A stretch of 63,585 bases of DNA, filler included, from Myxococcota bacterium (GTDB taxonomy: Bacteria > Myxococcota > Myxococcia > Myxococcales > Myxococcaceae): assembly GCA_049322255.1 (NCBI GenBank). It is 4 parts of 4 records of this genome, joined end to end, with 100 filler letters (N's around TTAATTAATTAA, not from the genome) between each part and the next. Parts side by side here need not be neighbours in the genome. Positions count along the whole stretch, not along the records: positions 18,017 to 35,576 come from JBMORE010000092.1; 3 more parts are not named here. One strand, 5' to 3'. Below are positions 21,189-30,258 of the stretch, piece after piece (within the stretch, counting starts at the first letter, position 1; each line of letters starts with the position of its first letter). The position numbers were made by a program, and so were the translations under genes. The notes beneath the pieces were generated by a model. It did not search any database. It saw only the letters and a list, made by a program, of their open reading frames with translations, and was not told the DNA's origin.

Positions 21189-21273
21189 AACGTGCGCAAG
21201 AGGGTGCGCAGCTGCGACGCGGCTGTCGCACTCGCCCCCTTCGGCGAGCGGCCAAAGGCCCGGTGTCGCACGT

Positions 21274-21288
21274 TGGTACGGCCTTGGC
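21274..21288 (+). promoter_or_regulatory. Candidate sigma54 promoter
   Basis: TGGTACG-GCCT-TGGC (GG-N10-GC) upstream of 21303, with TGCGAC/TGTCGCA repeats further upstream. Confidence 0.45.
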
Positions 21289-21302
21289 TACGATGTCGGT
21301 GA

Positions 21303-22178
21303 ATGCGCCGGACCGCCCTTGCCTTGTGCCTTCTGAGCTCCGTCGCATTCGCCCAACGCCTCCCTCTCCCTGTGGGAGAGGGTAAGGGTGAGGACCCCCG
21401 CGCCCGTCGTGGCTGCTACGACTACCGGGTGGGTGGCTACACGGTGGTGTACCACTCCAACCAGCCCGTCTCTGTCTCGGTGCCCGCCGAGGGCGTCATT
21501 CCCCGCGGCTCGACGAGCGGCACCAGCAGCAACGTCGCCCCCTTGAGCGGAGTCGGAAACGGTGGCGGCGGAGAGGCGATTTTGGTGCTGGCGGTGGTGG
21601 CGGCCGCGGCCCTGCCCGTCGTCATCTACGCCCTCGATGCCCCGGCCTCGGAGGAGGTCTTGGCCTGCTGGCGTGACCTGCGGCTGGAGATGGCCGTCGG
21701 CGCGGGGGTGGTCACCAACGCTTCGACGTCGGCGAATCGTTGGCCCACGCTCGGCGCCGCGCGCTTTTCGCTCGCCGGCGGTCCTTTGGGCATCTCCACG
21801 TCCTTCGAGAGCTCCTTCACCCGCGCCGCTTACGGTTCGGCGGACGTGCACCTGCTTTTGCGTCCTCCCCCCAAGGAGCACATCGAAGGTGGGTTTGCCC
21901 TGGGCGCGCGGCGAGTGATGAGTGGCGGAGCGGCGCGCGACGGAGTGGAAGCGGGGCTGCCTCACCGCTACGTGCTCTGGCGCGACGGGCCGCGGCAGCT
22001 GGGCATCGACTTGGCGCCCTACGTCTTCATCAACACCGGCGGCGTCGACTTCCGTCTCGAGGGCGGATTGCACCTGCCGGTGGACGACCACTTCTCGATT
22101 CAGCTGGGTGGGCGCGCCTTCTCCTTCGACACGCGGGTGGATGTGGGCGGGCGCCTCGGTTTCACCTTTGCGTACTGA
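21303..22178 (+). CDS. Hypothetical exported protein, probable outer-membrane beta-barrel
   Basis: Sec signal ending AFA; amphipathic strands; C-terminal aromatic FTFAY. Confidence 0.7.
   Translation: MRRTALALCLLSSVAFAQRLPLPVGEGKGEDPRARRGCYDYRVGGYTVVYHSNQPVSVSVPAEGVIPRGSTSGTSSNVAPLSGVGNGGGGEAILVLAVVAAAALPVVIYALDAPASEEVLACWRDLRLEMAVGAGVVTNASTSANRWPTLGAARFSLAGGPLGISTSFESSFTRAAYGSADVHLLLRPPPKEHIEGGFALGARRVMSGGAARDGVEAGLPHRYVLWRDGPRQLGIDLAPYVFINTGGVDFRLEGGLHLPVDDHFSIQLGGRAFSFDTRVDVGGRLGFTFAY
21362..21393 (+). repeat. REP-like palindrome inside a CDS
   Basis: CCCTCTCCC-tgt-GGGAGAGGG-taa-GGGTGAGG. Confidence 0.7.
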
Positions 22179-22260
22179 AGACGCGGATGTCGAAAACGAG
22201 GTGGCTTTCGTCGTCGAGAAAGCGAATGCCCGCTCGAAGGACCTCGATGACGAACGGCAC
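22162..22260 (-). pseudogene. Possible internally deleted GNAT toxin remnant
   Basis: 32-aa ORF VPFVIEVL...RFLDDESHLVFDIR directly after the DUF1778-like antitoxin, where a GNAT toxin normally lies. Confidence 0.35.
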
Positions 22261-22265
22261 AGCGG

Positions 22266-22490
22266 CTATTCCTGGGTGCCGGCGATGAGCTCCGCGTGGC
22301 GCTTGATCGCCTTCTTCAATTGGGTATTCGGGGCGGCCGTTCGCCCATCCAGGAGGGCCATGATTCGGTCTCGGTCACGGTCCGAAAGAACGCGTGCCTC
22401 TTGGGCCAAGATTTCTTGCGCGCGCTCGAGCGCCGCGGAGAGGACAAAAGACGACAACGGAATGCCGAGCCTTTTCGCCGCACGGAGGTG
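22266..22490 (-). pseudogene. DUF1778 (TacA-like) antitoxin lacking its N-terminus
   Basis: RAA..G..LSSFVLSAALERAQEIL...LSDRDRDRIMALLD...PNTQLKKA; N-terminal DNA-binding strand absent. Confidence 0.7.
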
Positions 22491-22676
22491 GTCGGCCCGC
22501 CGCATTCTTCACCTTGCTCATCCGAATTGTTTCGGCGCGTTCCTCCAACTCGGTCCAGTCGGTCTCGTCCGTCAGAGTCACCAACGGGTGGCTCCTCTCG
22601 AGCGGAATCGGCCTCGTCACTCTCGCCCGCGGGAAACGCTCGGGCTGGCGGCTGCCGCCGCGCTCTTCTTCGACAT
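22480..22676 (-). mobile_element. Frameshifted N-terminal fragment of an IS5-like transposase
   Basis: GGAGG RBS + MSKKS; shifted frame reads IPLERSHPLVTLTDETDWTELE...AGRPP, then HLRA, resembling the HPLV-L-x3-DW..GRP start of IS5-family transposases. Confidence 0.5.
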
Positions 22677-22840
22677 GCGTGCGTCCCTCCCGGGTCACGC
22701 CAACCAGAGAGCAGATGCCGACGGCGCTGTCGACCCCCTCGTGCGAGCGTTCAATCTCCCTGCGGGTTTCCCGTCCCGTGCAAGGGGAAAGCGCCGTGCC
22801 ACGACGCGTGGTCGTGGCTCAATTTCCCGACACGCTGTAG

Positions 22841-24265
22841 TTAATACGCCCTGGCGAACACCATGCGCCCCGGCGACGGCTTGCCGCACACCACGCAGGC
22901 GCCTTTCTCCGCAAGGAGACCGAAGGGCCGGTTGCGGGTGGTGACGCTGGTCTCTTCCTTCACCTTCGCTTCGCAGGCGGCGTCCTCGCACCAGTGGGCG
23001 TGGAGGAAACCGGCATCGGCCTTGGCTTTGAGCTCTTCGTAGCTGTTCACCTCGAAGGTATTCGCCTCGCGAAACGCCTTTGCCTTGGCGAAGAGGTCTT
23101 TCTGCATCGCCTCGAGCATCTCCTGCGCCTTGGCCACCGCCTGGGCCAAGGGGACGAACTCCTTCTGCCGGTTGTCGCGGCGGACGAGGACGCACTGCTC
23201 CTTGGCGAGGTCTTTGGGCCCCAGCTCGATGCGCAGACAAAAGCCCTGCAGCTCGTACTCGAAGTACTTGAAGCCCGGCCCTTTGCTCTCGTCGTCGTCC
23301 ACCAGCACGCCCAGGCCAGCCTTCTTCAGCTCGGCCGCGAGCGCATCGGCTTTGGCGCGCACCGGGCCGCGCTCCTCTCCTTTGCCGATGACGATGAGCG
23401 CCACGTGGTGGGCGGCGAGCTTGGGCGGCACCACCAGCCCGCTGTCGTCGGAGTGCGTCATGATGAGCCCGCCGATGAGCCGGGTGGAGACGCCCCAGGA
23501 GGTCTGCCACACGAAGTGCTGCTGGCCGTCGCGGCCCTGGAAGGCGGTGTTGAAGGCCTTGGCGAAGTTCTGCCCTAAGTTGTGCGAGGTGCCGGCCTGC
23601 AGCGCCTTCTTGTCCTGCATCATCGCTTCGATGGAGTAGGTGCGCACCGCTCCGGCGAACTTCTCGCTCTCGCTCTTTTGGCCGGCGATGACCGGCATCG
23701 CCATGTAGTCCTCGGCGAAGGTCCGGTAGACCTCGAGCATCCGCCGCGCTTCCTCTTCGGCCTCGGCGTCCGTCTCGTGACAGGTGTGCCCTTCCTGCCA
23801 GAGGAACTCGGTGGTGCGCAAAAAGAGACGGGTGCGCATCTCCCAGCGCATCACGTTCGCCCATTGGTTGATGAGCAGCGGCAGGTCTCGGTAACTCTGA
23901 ATCCACTTGGCGAAGGTGGCGTTGATGATGGTCTCGGAGGTGGGGCGGATGACGTACGCCTCCTCGAGCTTCTTGCCGCCCGCGTGGGTCACCACCGCCA
24001 ACTGGGGAGCGAAGCCCTCGACGTGCTCGGCTTCTTTACGCAGGTACGCCTCGGGGATGAGCAGGGGGAAGTAGGCGTTCTTGTGCCCGGTGTCCTTGAA
24101 CATCTTGTCCAAGACGTGCTGGATGTTCTCCCAGATGGCGTAGCCGTTGGGGCGAATGACCATGCAGCCCTTCACGTCGGAGTAGTCGGCCAGCTTTGCC
24201 CGGCGGACGAGCTCCACGTACCACTCGGAGAAATCCTTCTCTCTGGTCGGCAGCTTGTCGGCCAT
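22841..24265 (-). CDS. proS: Proline--tRNA ligase (archaeal/eukaryote-like type)
   Basis: [48 protein letters not shown]-terminal Cys motif and FARAY; no INS editing domain. Confidence 0.97.
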   Translation of the reverse strand: MADKLPTREKDFSEWYVELVRRAKLADYSDVKGCMVIRPNGYAIWENIQHVLDKMFKDTGHKNAYFPLLIPEAYLRKEAEHVEGFAPQLAVVTHAGGKKLEEAYVIRPTSETIINATFAKWIQSYRDLPLLINQWANVMRWEMRTRLFLRTTEFLWQEGHTCHETDAEAEEEARRMLEVYRTFAEDYMAMPVIAGQKSESEKFAGAVRTYSIEAMMQDKKALQAGTSHNLGQNFAKAFNTAFQGRDGQQHFVWQTSWGVSTRLIGGLIMTHSDDSGLVVPPKLAAHHVALIVIGKGEERGPVRAKADALAAELKKAGLGVLVDDDESKGPGFKYFEYELQGFCLRIELGPKDLAKEQCVLVRRDNRQKEFVPLAQAVAKAQEMLEAMQKDLFAKAKAFREANTFEVNSYEELKAKADAGFLHAHWCEDAACEAKVKEETSVTTRNRPFGLLAEKGACVVCGKPSPGRMVFARAY

Positions 24266-24452
24266 CGTGCCCTCGCGCGGTGAAGGGGGCTGACCTATGC
24301 CGCCGGGCGTCGGAAAGCAACGGCGAGCGTGTGGGGCGCACCCCTCAACCGTTGGGAAGGCCCCTCGCTTTCAGATCCGCACCGGGCGCGCAACTCCACT
24401 GATTCCCATCACAAAGCGGATGCGTCGGCGCTTGCATTCGCTCGGAGAGGCA

Positions 24453-26261
24453 ATGTCTGGCACCTCCTCAAGGGCGTTGCGTCTTTTGCTGGTGGGGGTG
24501 TTGTGTGCCGCCGCGCAGGTGCGTGCGCAGGACATCTGCGCGGCGGGCACCAAGCCTCCGCCCGGGCCGCCTCCCGACGACGGCATCTCCGACACCCGCA
24601 TCCTGCGCCGCATCGCCCTCTCCCTCACCGGCACCACCCCCACGGTGGCGCAATACGAGGAGCTGCTCGCGGCGCCCACACCAGAGGCGCGGCAGGCGCT
24701 CCTTCAAAAAGCGGTGAACGACGCGCTCGCCTCACCCCGCTTCTACGAGCAGATGGTGCGCTTCGGCCACGACTGGCTGGCCATCGGCGCCTACACCACC
24801 GGCGCTCAGGGAGAAAGCTACCAGGGCGACATGTCGGGCCACCTCTTCCGCTGCCCCGGGGGGACGCCGCACGCGGGCAAGCTTTACCTCATCAGCGAGT
24901 CGGGCTCTTCCGTCAACGTGTGCAGTAACCTTACCGCCGAGGAGAACACCATCGAGCCCTGGTGGGCTCCGGGCACCACCGTCACCGTGGTGGGTACCGG
25001 CGGCACGGGGATTACTCAAGTCAGCGGACCCAACGGCACTCAGCTCGACTGCGGGTTGGCCCGGGGCGGTTATTACGACCCCTCGCTTCCCGTTGGCTGC
25101 GGCTGCGGCCCCAACTTGGTGTGGTGCTCGCCGTTCGAGGGGCTCGCCGCCGGCAGCAACCACGACTTGCTTCGCCGTCAGCGGCGCCACCCTTATGAAG
25201 AGCCGGCTCGCCTGTTTGCCCACCTCGCCTGGCACGACCGCCCGCTCACCGACCTCGTCATCGGCAACTACTCGGTGGGCACCAACTGGCTGCGGGCGCT
25301 CTACGTCCGCTTGGGTCGGCAGATGGGCGCAACCTCCACAGACGCCAACACCACCTGGTGGCAACCGGCGGTGGATGGAAGCCCGCGCGACCCGCTCCAC
25401 CCCACTCCGGGCGACCCTCAGGCCTGGCGCGAGTTCGTGGTGGAGGACTTGAACCCCTTCCTCCTCTCACTCACCCCCAACAAGGCCGCGGGGGCTGGGC
25501 TCGACCGCAACTACCAGTTCGACCCCCGCACCACCACCGCCGCGCCCGCGGGCCTTCCCGCCGCCGGGGTGCTGACGATGATGGGCTCGCTCTCGAGCTT
25601 CCCCCGCGAACGGGTGCGGGCGGCGCGTTTCCTCGAGATGTTCGCCTGCACCACCTTCTCTCCACCCTCGGCCGACCAACACTTCCCTCCGTACTCGCTC
25701 GACCCGGCCACCGGCGGCACCTGCATGCACTGCCACCGCACCCTCGACCCCGCGGCCATCGCCTTCAAACGGTGGGACTTCGGCGGCGCCTCTTCGATGC
25801 CGCCCTGGCCCTTCATCCCCGGCATGGGGCGTTACCGCATCACCGCGGAGTGGTTCTCCGGGCAGTACCCGCACGGGCCGGACAACTCCGGGCCTGGCTT
25901 TCGCTGGAAGAACGCCTTCCTCCCCAACACGGTGATGACCCCGGTGACGCCGCAGGAGGCACAAGCCAACCCCGAGGCGCTCCTGCTCGACACCATGCCG
26001 CAAAGCTACTCCCTGCTCGGCCAGAGCGGCGATGGCACCATGGGGCCCTTGGGCTTTGGGAAAATTCTGGTTCGCTCCGGGGAGTTCGACCGCTGCGCGG
26101 TGCGTAAGCTCTACGCGCGCTTCGTCGGAAGGCCGCTCGACCCCGCCGTCGAAAAGCCCTACATCGACAAGCTGGCCCGCGAATTCGTGACACGCGGAAG
26201 AAAGCTGCGGCCCTTCCTCCACTACCTGTTCGAGCAGTCCGAGTTTCGGAGGGGCCTGTGA
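24453..26261 (+). CDS. Exported DUF1585/PSD-family protein with CxxCH heme motif
   Basis: Signal peptide; LRRIALSLTG; AGVLT; CMHCHRTLDP; C-terminal FDRCAVRKLY..F.GR; GGAGAGG RBS. Confidence 0.75.
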   Translation: MSGTSSRALRLLLVGVLCAAAQVRAQDICAAGTKPPPGPPPDDGISDTRILRRIALSLTGTTPTVAQYEELLAAPTPEARQALLQKAVNDALASPRFYEQMVRFGHDWLAIGAYTTGAQGESYQGDMSGHLFRCPGGTPHAGKLYLISESGSSVNVCSNLTAEENTIEPWWAPGTTVTVVGTGGTGITQVSGPNGTQLDCGLARGGYYDPSLPVGCGCGPNLVWCSPFEGLAAGSNHDLLRRQRRHPYEEPARLFAHLAWHDRPLTDLVIGNYSVGTNWLRALYVRLGRQMGATSTDANTTWWQPAVDGSPRDPLHPTPGDPQAWREFVVEDLNPFLLSLTPNKAAGAGLDRNYQFDPRTTTAAPAGLPAAGVLTMMGSLSSFPRERVRAARFLEMFACTTFSPPSADQHFPPYSLDPATGGTCMHCHRTLDPAAIAFKRWDFGGASSMPPWPFIPGMGRYRITAEWFSGQYPHGPDNSGPGFRWKNAFLPNTVMTPVTPQEAQANPEALLLDTMPQSYSLLGQSGDGTMGPLGFGKILVRSGEFDRCAVRKLYARFVGRPLDPAVEKPYIDKLAREFVTRGRKLRPFLHYLFEQSEFRRGL

Positions 26262-27516
26262 GGCGCGCGCTCCTCTTCGCCGCTCTCCTTTCGGGGGCTG
26301 GGTGCACCGGCCTGGTGGGCGAGCTGGAAGCTCCCGGGCAAACCGACGGCGGCGAATCCTCCTCCGGCTGCGTTCCCCAAGGGCCGAATGACGAGGTGCG
26401 GCTGGGGCTCCATCGCGCCTGCGCCGGATGCCACACCTCGGGCAACAAGCCCTTCTTCGCCTCCCTGGAGGCCTTCGAGAACGGGCTGGTCTACGACGAG
26501 CGATACGTCATCCCCGGCCAGCCGGAGAACAGCTTGCTGGTGAAGCTGCTCCTGGGCACCGCGCCGGGCAGCTACCCGCAGATGCCTCCGGGAGAGCCGT
26601 ACTCGGCGCAGGTGGCCGACGGGCGGGCGACGCTCTCGGTCGCGGACATCGAGCAGTGGATTCGCGAGCTGCCCCCCACCACCACCCGCCTGGCCGAGCC
26701 TTCGCCCGCGCTCTTCACCGTGCGCCGCCTCACCGCCGAGGAGATGGTGGTGGGGCTTTTGGATCAGCTGGGACTTTCGGTGGAGGANNNNNNNNNNNNN
26801 NNNNNNNNNNNNNNNNNNNNNNNNNNNNNNNNNNNNNNNNNNNNNNNNNNNNNNNNNNNNNNNNNNNNNNNNNNNNNNNNNNNNNNNTTCGCGAGCTGCC
26901 CCCCACCACCACCCGCCTGGCCGAGCCTTCGCCCGCGCTCTTCACCGTGCGCCGCCTCACCGCCGAGGAGATGGTGGTGGGGCTTTTGGATCAGCTGGGA
27001 CTTTCGGTGGAGGACTTCGTCGACACCAGCGCCTCCGACTGGAAAGAGCGCGAATGGCAAGTGTGGTGGGGCCGCTTCTTCGTTTGGCCCACCGACTGGG
27101 CGCCGGGCATCTCCCAGGGGTACGTCTCCGAGCCGGCCACCACCGAGCGCTTCGAAGCCCTGGGCGGACCGGCCACTCTCTACTACCGCCGCCGCGACGA
27201 GCAGCTGGGGCCTGCCGCGGCACAGACCTTGGTGCAGATGTCGCTCGCCTGGTGTGCGCGGGCGGTGGACAAGACGGGCAACACCGCGGTGCTTCGACAC
27301 GTCACCCTCGCCGACCGGAGCAGCACCAACGCCGCCGGCATCCAACAGAACATCGGCGCGCTCTACTTGCGCATGTTGGGGGAGGTACCCTCCGCCGCAG
27401 ACATCGACGAGGTCTACCAGGGCGTGTACGTGCCCTACGAAGCGACCAGCACCCGCGCGGCGTGGATTGGGGTGTGCGCCAGCTTCGTCCGTCACCCGCT
27501 GTGGATGACTTACTAG
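26258..27516 (+). CDS. Lipoprotein with c-type cytochrome motif (apparent split is an assembly artefact)
   Basis: Lipobox GAGC; CAGCH; PGxPENSLL..QMPP (planctomycete cytochrome c-like); removing the gap and the 127-bp duplicate gives 1032 nt in one frame. Confidence 0.75.
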
Positions 27517-27525
27517 AGGCCGCCG

Positions 27526-29106
27526 ATGATGACTTCCTCACGAAGGACGTTGCTCAAGTGGGCGCTCGGAGCCGGCCAGGTGGCGCTCCTCGACCGCTTT
27601 GGGCTTTTGGGAGGGCGGGCGCATGCGCAGTCGACCGACGCGCCCTCGCGGCTGGTGGTGCTCTACGTGCCCGGCGGTTTTCGCCCGCAGTACCTGTTCT
27701 GGGGCAACGACGACGCCGACGTGGTGCGCGCGGTGCCCAACCCCGACGACTACAACGGCGAGGCGGTGTTCTTCCGCGCCCCCCAGCTGGTGGACCTCGC
27801 GCCCGGCGACGGCACCTATCGGCCTTTGCGCACCTGGCAGTCGTGGGACCCGGCCAACCCTGCGCGGCGCGGCAACGGCTTTTCCCCGGCGATGTACGGC
27901 TTCACGCACTTTGGGCTGCATGAGCAGTTGAGCGTGCTGCACGGCATCGACCAGGGCACCAACGACCACGCCTCGGGCTTCATCGCCTCGATGTGCGGGG
28001 TGGCGGGAGCCGACTTTCGGGCTCCTTCGGTGCACTCGGTGGTCGCCAACCACCTCTACGCCCGCTTCAAGGACAGCCGCCCCTTGCCAAACGTGGTGGT
28101 CACCACGGAGCGCGGCACTCCGGTGGCGATGGGCATGCCTTCGCACGCGGCGCCGGTGCGGGTGCCCTCCATCAGCGCCCTGCGGCCACAGCTTTCGGAC
28201 AAGCCGGCGGACAACCCGTGGTGGACCGGGCTCAATGACCGCGTCGCTCGGCCCGAGCTCGACGCGCGGGGCCAGCCGACCCAAGGCACCCTGCGCACCA
28301 CCCAGCTGGAGGAGTTCACTCTCTCGCGGCCAGGCAAGTACCTGGGGCGGTCCACCCCCAAGGTCGACGGTTTCCTCGAGGGGCTGCACGGCTCGCTCTC
28401 CTCGGTGAGCCGGGTGCTCGCCACCGACGTGGTGTCGGTCTTGGAGCAGACCAAGGGCATCGACTTCCTCCTCGCCAACCGACCTCCGTACCTCTCCAGT
28501 TACTTGGCGGAGCGAACCTTCACCTACACCTTCGGCGTCGCGAATTTTCACCAGACTCAGCTCGACGCTCGATTGGACATGGCCTTGCGCCTCGTCAAGG
28601 CCGACCTCGCCAGCGCGGTACACGTGTCGTTGGCGACCGACTTCGACACCCATAACGGCCTCGGCCACGCCTTCAGCTGCGCGCACGGCCGCAACATCCT
28701 CGACTGCGTGGCGCGCTTCCTCGGGGAGATGAAGAATTCTCCCGCCCCCGGCAAGCCGGGCAAGACGCTGCTCGACGATTCGCTGGTGCTCGTCTTGAGC
28801 GAGTTCGGTCGCTCCTGGGCTTCGCAGTCGGGCGGTGGCTACAACGTTCCCGACGACCACCACCCCGCGACCTCGGTGATGTTCGCCGGTGGCAACGTCG
28901 CTCCCAATCGCCAGGTGGGAAGCTACCAGGTGAGCAACGGCCTGGGGGTGCCGGTAGACATCACCGAAGAGAACGGTCAGGCGAGCAAACGGGTGCCGCG
29001 CGCCGCCGACGCCGTGGCCACCGCGCTGCGCATCATGGGGCTGGGCTTGAGCGACTTCTTCATCCCTGGCGGGTACGGAGAGGTCGCCGGCCTGCGCCGC
29101 GGGTGA
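27526..29106 (+). CDS. Tat-exported DUF1501/DUF1552-like protein
   Basis: SRRTLLK Tat motif; FDTH; TLLDDSLVLVLSEFGR; DH; FAGG. Confidence 0.8.
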   Translation: MMTSSRRTLLKWALGAGQVALLDRFGLLGGRAHAQSTDAPSRLVVLYVPGGFRPQYLFWGNDDADVVRAVPNPDDYNGEAVFFRAPQLVDLAPGDGTYRPLRTWQSWDPANPARRGNGFSPAMYGFTHFGLHEQLSVLHGIDQGTNDHASGFIASMCGVAGADFRAPSVHSVVANHLYARFKDSRPLPNVVVTTERGTPVAMGMPSHAAPVRVPSISALRPQLSDKPADNPWWTGLNDRVARPELDARGQPTQGTLRTTQLEEFTLSRPGKYLGRSTPKVDGFLEGLHGSLSSVSRVLATDVVSVLEQTKGIDFLLANRPPYLSSYLAERTFTYTFGVANFHQTQLDARLDMALRLVKADLASAVHVSLATDFDTHNGLGHAFSCAHGRNILDCVARFLGEMKNSPAPGKPGKTLLDDSLVLVLSEFGRSWASQSGGGYNVPDDHHPATSVMFAGGNVAPNRQVGSYQVSNGLGVPVDITEENGQASKRVPRAADAVATALRIMGLGLSDFFIPGGYGEVAGLRRG

Positions 29107-29180
29107 CAGCGTGATCCCCTCGCCTCCACCCACTTGAACCGCTTGGGGTCAAAGAAATCGATGTGTTGCGTTGGCCGTTC

Positions 29181-29220
29181 GCAGCACATACCATTGTGCT
29201 GCACAGTTTAACGTGCAGCA
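29181..29220. promoter_or_regulatory. Two overlapping inverted repeats, likely TA operator
   Basis: GCAGCACA-N6-TGTGCTGC and TGCTGCAC-N8-GTGCAGCA upstream of antitoxin ATG 29231. Confidence 0.6.
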
Positions 29221-29230
29221 TGGGCGCTCG

Positions 29231-29464
29231 ATGAAGACGAATGTGACCTTGAAACTGGACGCCGATCTCCTTCGCGAAGCGAGGGTCATCGCGGCAGAAG
29301 AAGGGCGGTCGGTCAGTGCCCTGCTCACTGACCGCCTCGAAGCGATGGTTCGCGAGCGGAAAGCGTTTGATCGGGCTCGGAGACGCGCTCTGGCGCGACT
29401 CGAGGAGGGTCTCGATTTGAAGTGGACGCCTCCTCGTTCACGAGACGAGCTCCATGAGCGCTAA
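29231..29464 (+). CDS. CopG/RHH-type antitoxin (DUF6364-like)
   Basis: MKTNVTLKLDADLL..A....SVSALL; C-terminal RDELHER; overlaps the PIN gene. Confidence 0.82.
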   Translation: MKTNVTLKLDADLLREARVIAAEEGRSVSALLTDRLEAMVRERKAFDRARRRALARLEEGLDLKWTPPRSRDELHER

Positions 29465-29891
29465 GTATTTCGTCGATACCAACATCCTGCTGTATGCCCA
29501 TGACACATCGGCTGGGGTCAAGCACCAGCGCGCCAAGGCGCTCCTGGAGAAGCTGTGGACGGAGAGGTCCGGTGTCGTGAGCACGCAGGTTCTGCAGGAG
29601 CTATGCGTGAATGTTCGACGAAAGGCCGCTCGACCGCTCGACGTGGAAAGTACCCGGGAGCTCGTCACCGACTACTTGGCCTGGCAAGTGGTGGTCAACA
29701 CGGAACAATCGATTCTCGAGGCTCTCGATCTCGAGAGCCGCTACCGAATTTCTTTCTGGGATGCGCTCGTGGTTCAGGCGGCCCGGGCAGCGGGAACAGC
29801 AGTGCTTTACTCCGAAGACCTATCCGCCGGACAGACGTACGGAACCGTGTCCGTGGTGAACCCGTTTGTAGAAGCTGAAGCCGCTGGTTAG
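29454..29891 (+). CDS. PIN-domain VapC-like toxin
   Basis: FVDTNILLYAHD, STQVLQE, SFWDAL, LYSEDL and VVNPF motifs. Confidence 0.9.
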   Translation: MSAKYFVDTNILLYAHDTSAGVKHQRAKALLEKLWTERSGVVSTQVLQELCVNVRRKAARPLDVESTRELVTDYLAWQVVVNTEQSILEALDLESRYRISFWDALVVQAARAAGTAVLYSEDLSAGQTYGTVSVVNPFVEAEAAG

Positions 29892-30223
29892 GCACACCCG
29901 CTCTGCTCGGTCGGACGACGCAAACGGTAGACGAAGGCCAGCGCGCTCAGCCAGAGCACGCCCGCAGCCCCGCAGCCTTTGGCCTGGGTGAAGCCCACGT
30001 AGCGGCAGCGCCCCTCCTCGCAGACGAACCCCCGCTCGCAGTCCTTGCTCGCCCGGCAGATGGTGGGGGTGCGCCCGGTGCTGTCGTCGCCCTCGGGGTT
30101 GTCGCGGTCGGCTCCTCCCTCGCCTACCACCGAGGCATCCGGCGCAGGAAGGCTGGCGTCCACCCCCGCGTCGGCCAGCGCGGCGGTGGCGGCGAAAATA
30201 CCGATGAGCAGAAACGGGTGCAT
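29888..30223 (-). CDS. Small Cys-rich MYXO-CTERM-like protein (resembles MXAN_6627.5 family)
   Basis: Signal peptide; DAG linker; C-x5-C-x5-C-x4-C; GC + TM + RLRR tail; family name from recall. Confidence 0.7.
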   Translation of the reverse strand: MHPFLLIGIFAATAALADAGVDASLPAPDASVVGEGGADRDNPEGDDSTGRTPTICRASKDCERGFVCEEGRCRYVGFTQAKGCGAAGVLWLSALAFVYRLRRPTEQSGCA

Positions 30224-30258
30224 CGACCGCGAGCATAGCTTGGTAAGGTCGGGAGCCG

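Noticed and set aside
26661..27014. 127-bp direct repeat flanking a 100-N gap with apparent frameshift
   Set aside because: Identical copies on both sides of a gap, and collapsing them restores one reading frame; this is an assembly overlap artefact
29107..29180. Coding-like fragment HIDFFDPKRFKWVE on the minus strand
   Set aside because: Too short to assign; may be a gene remnant at the TA insertion site
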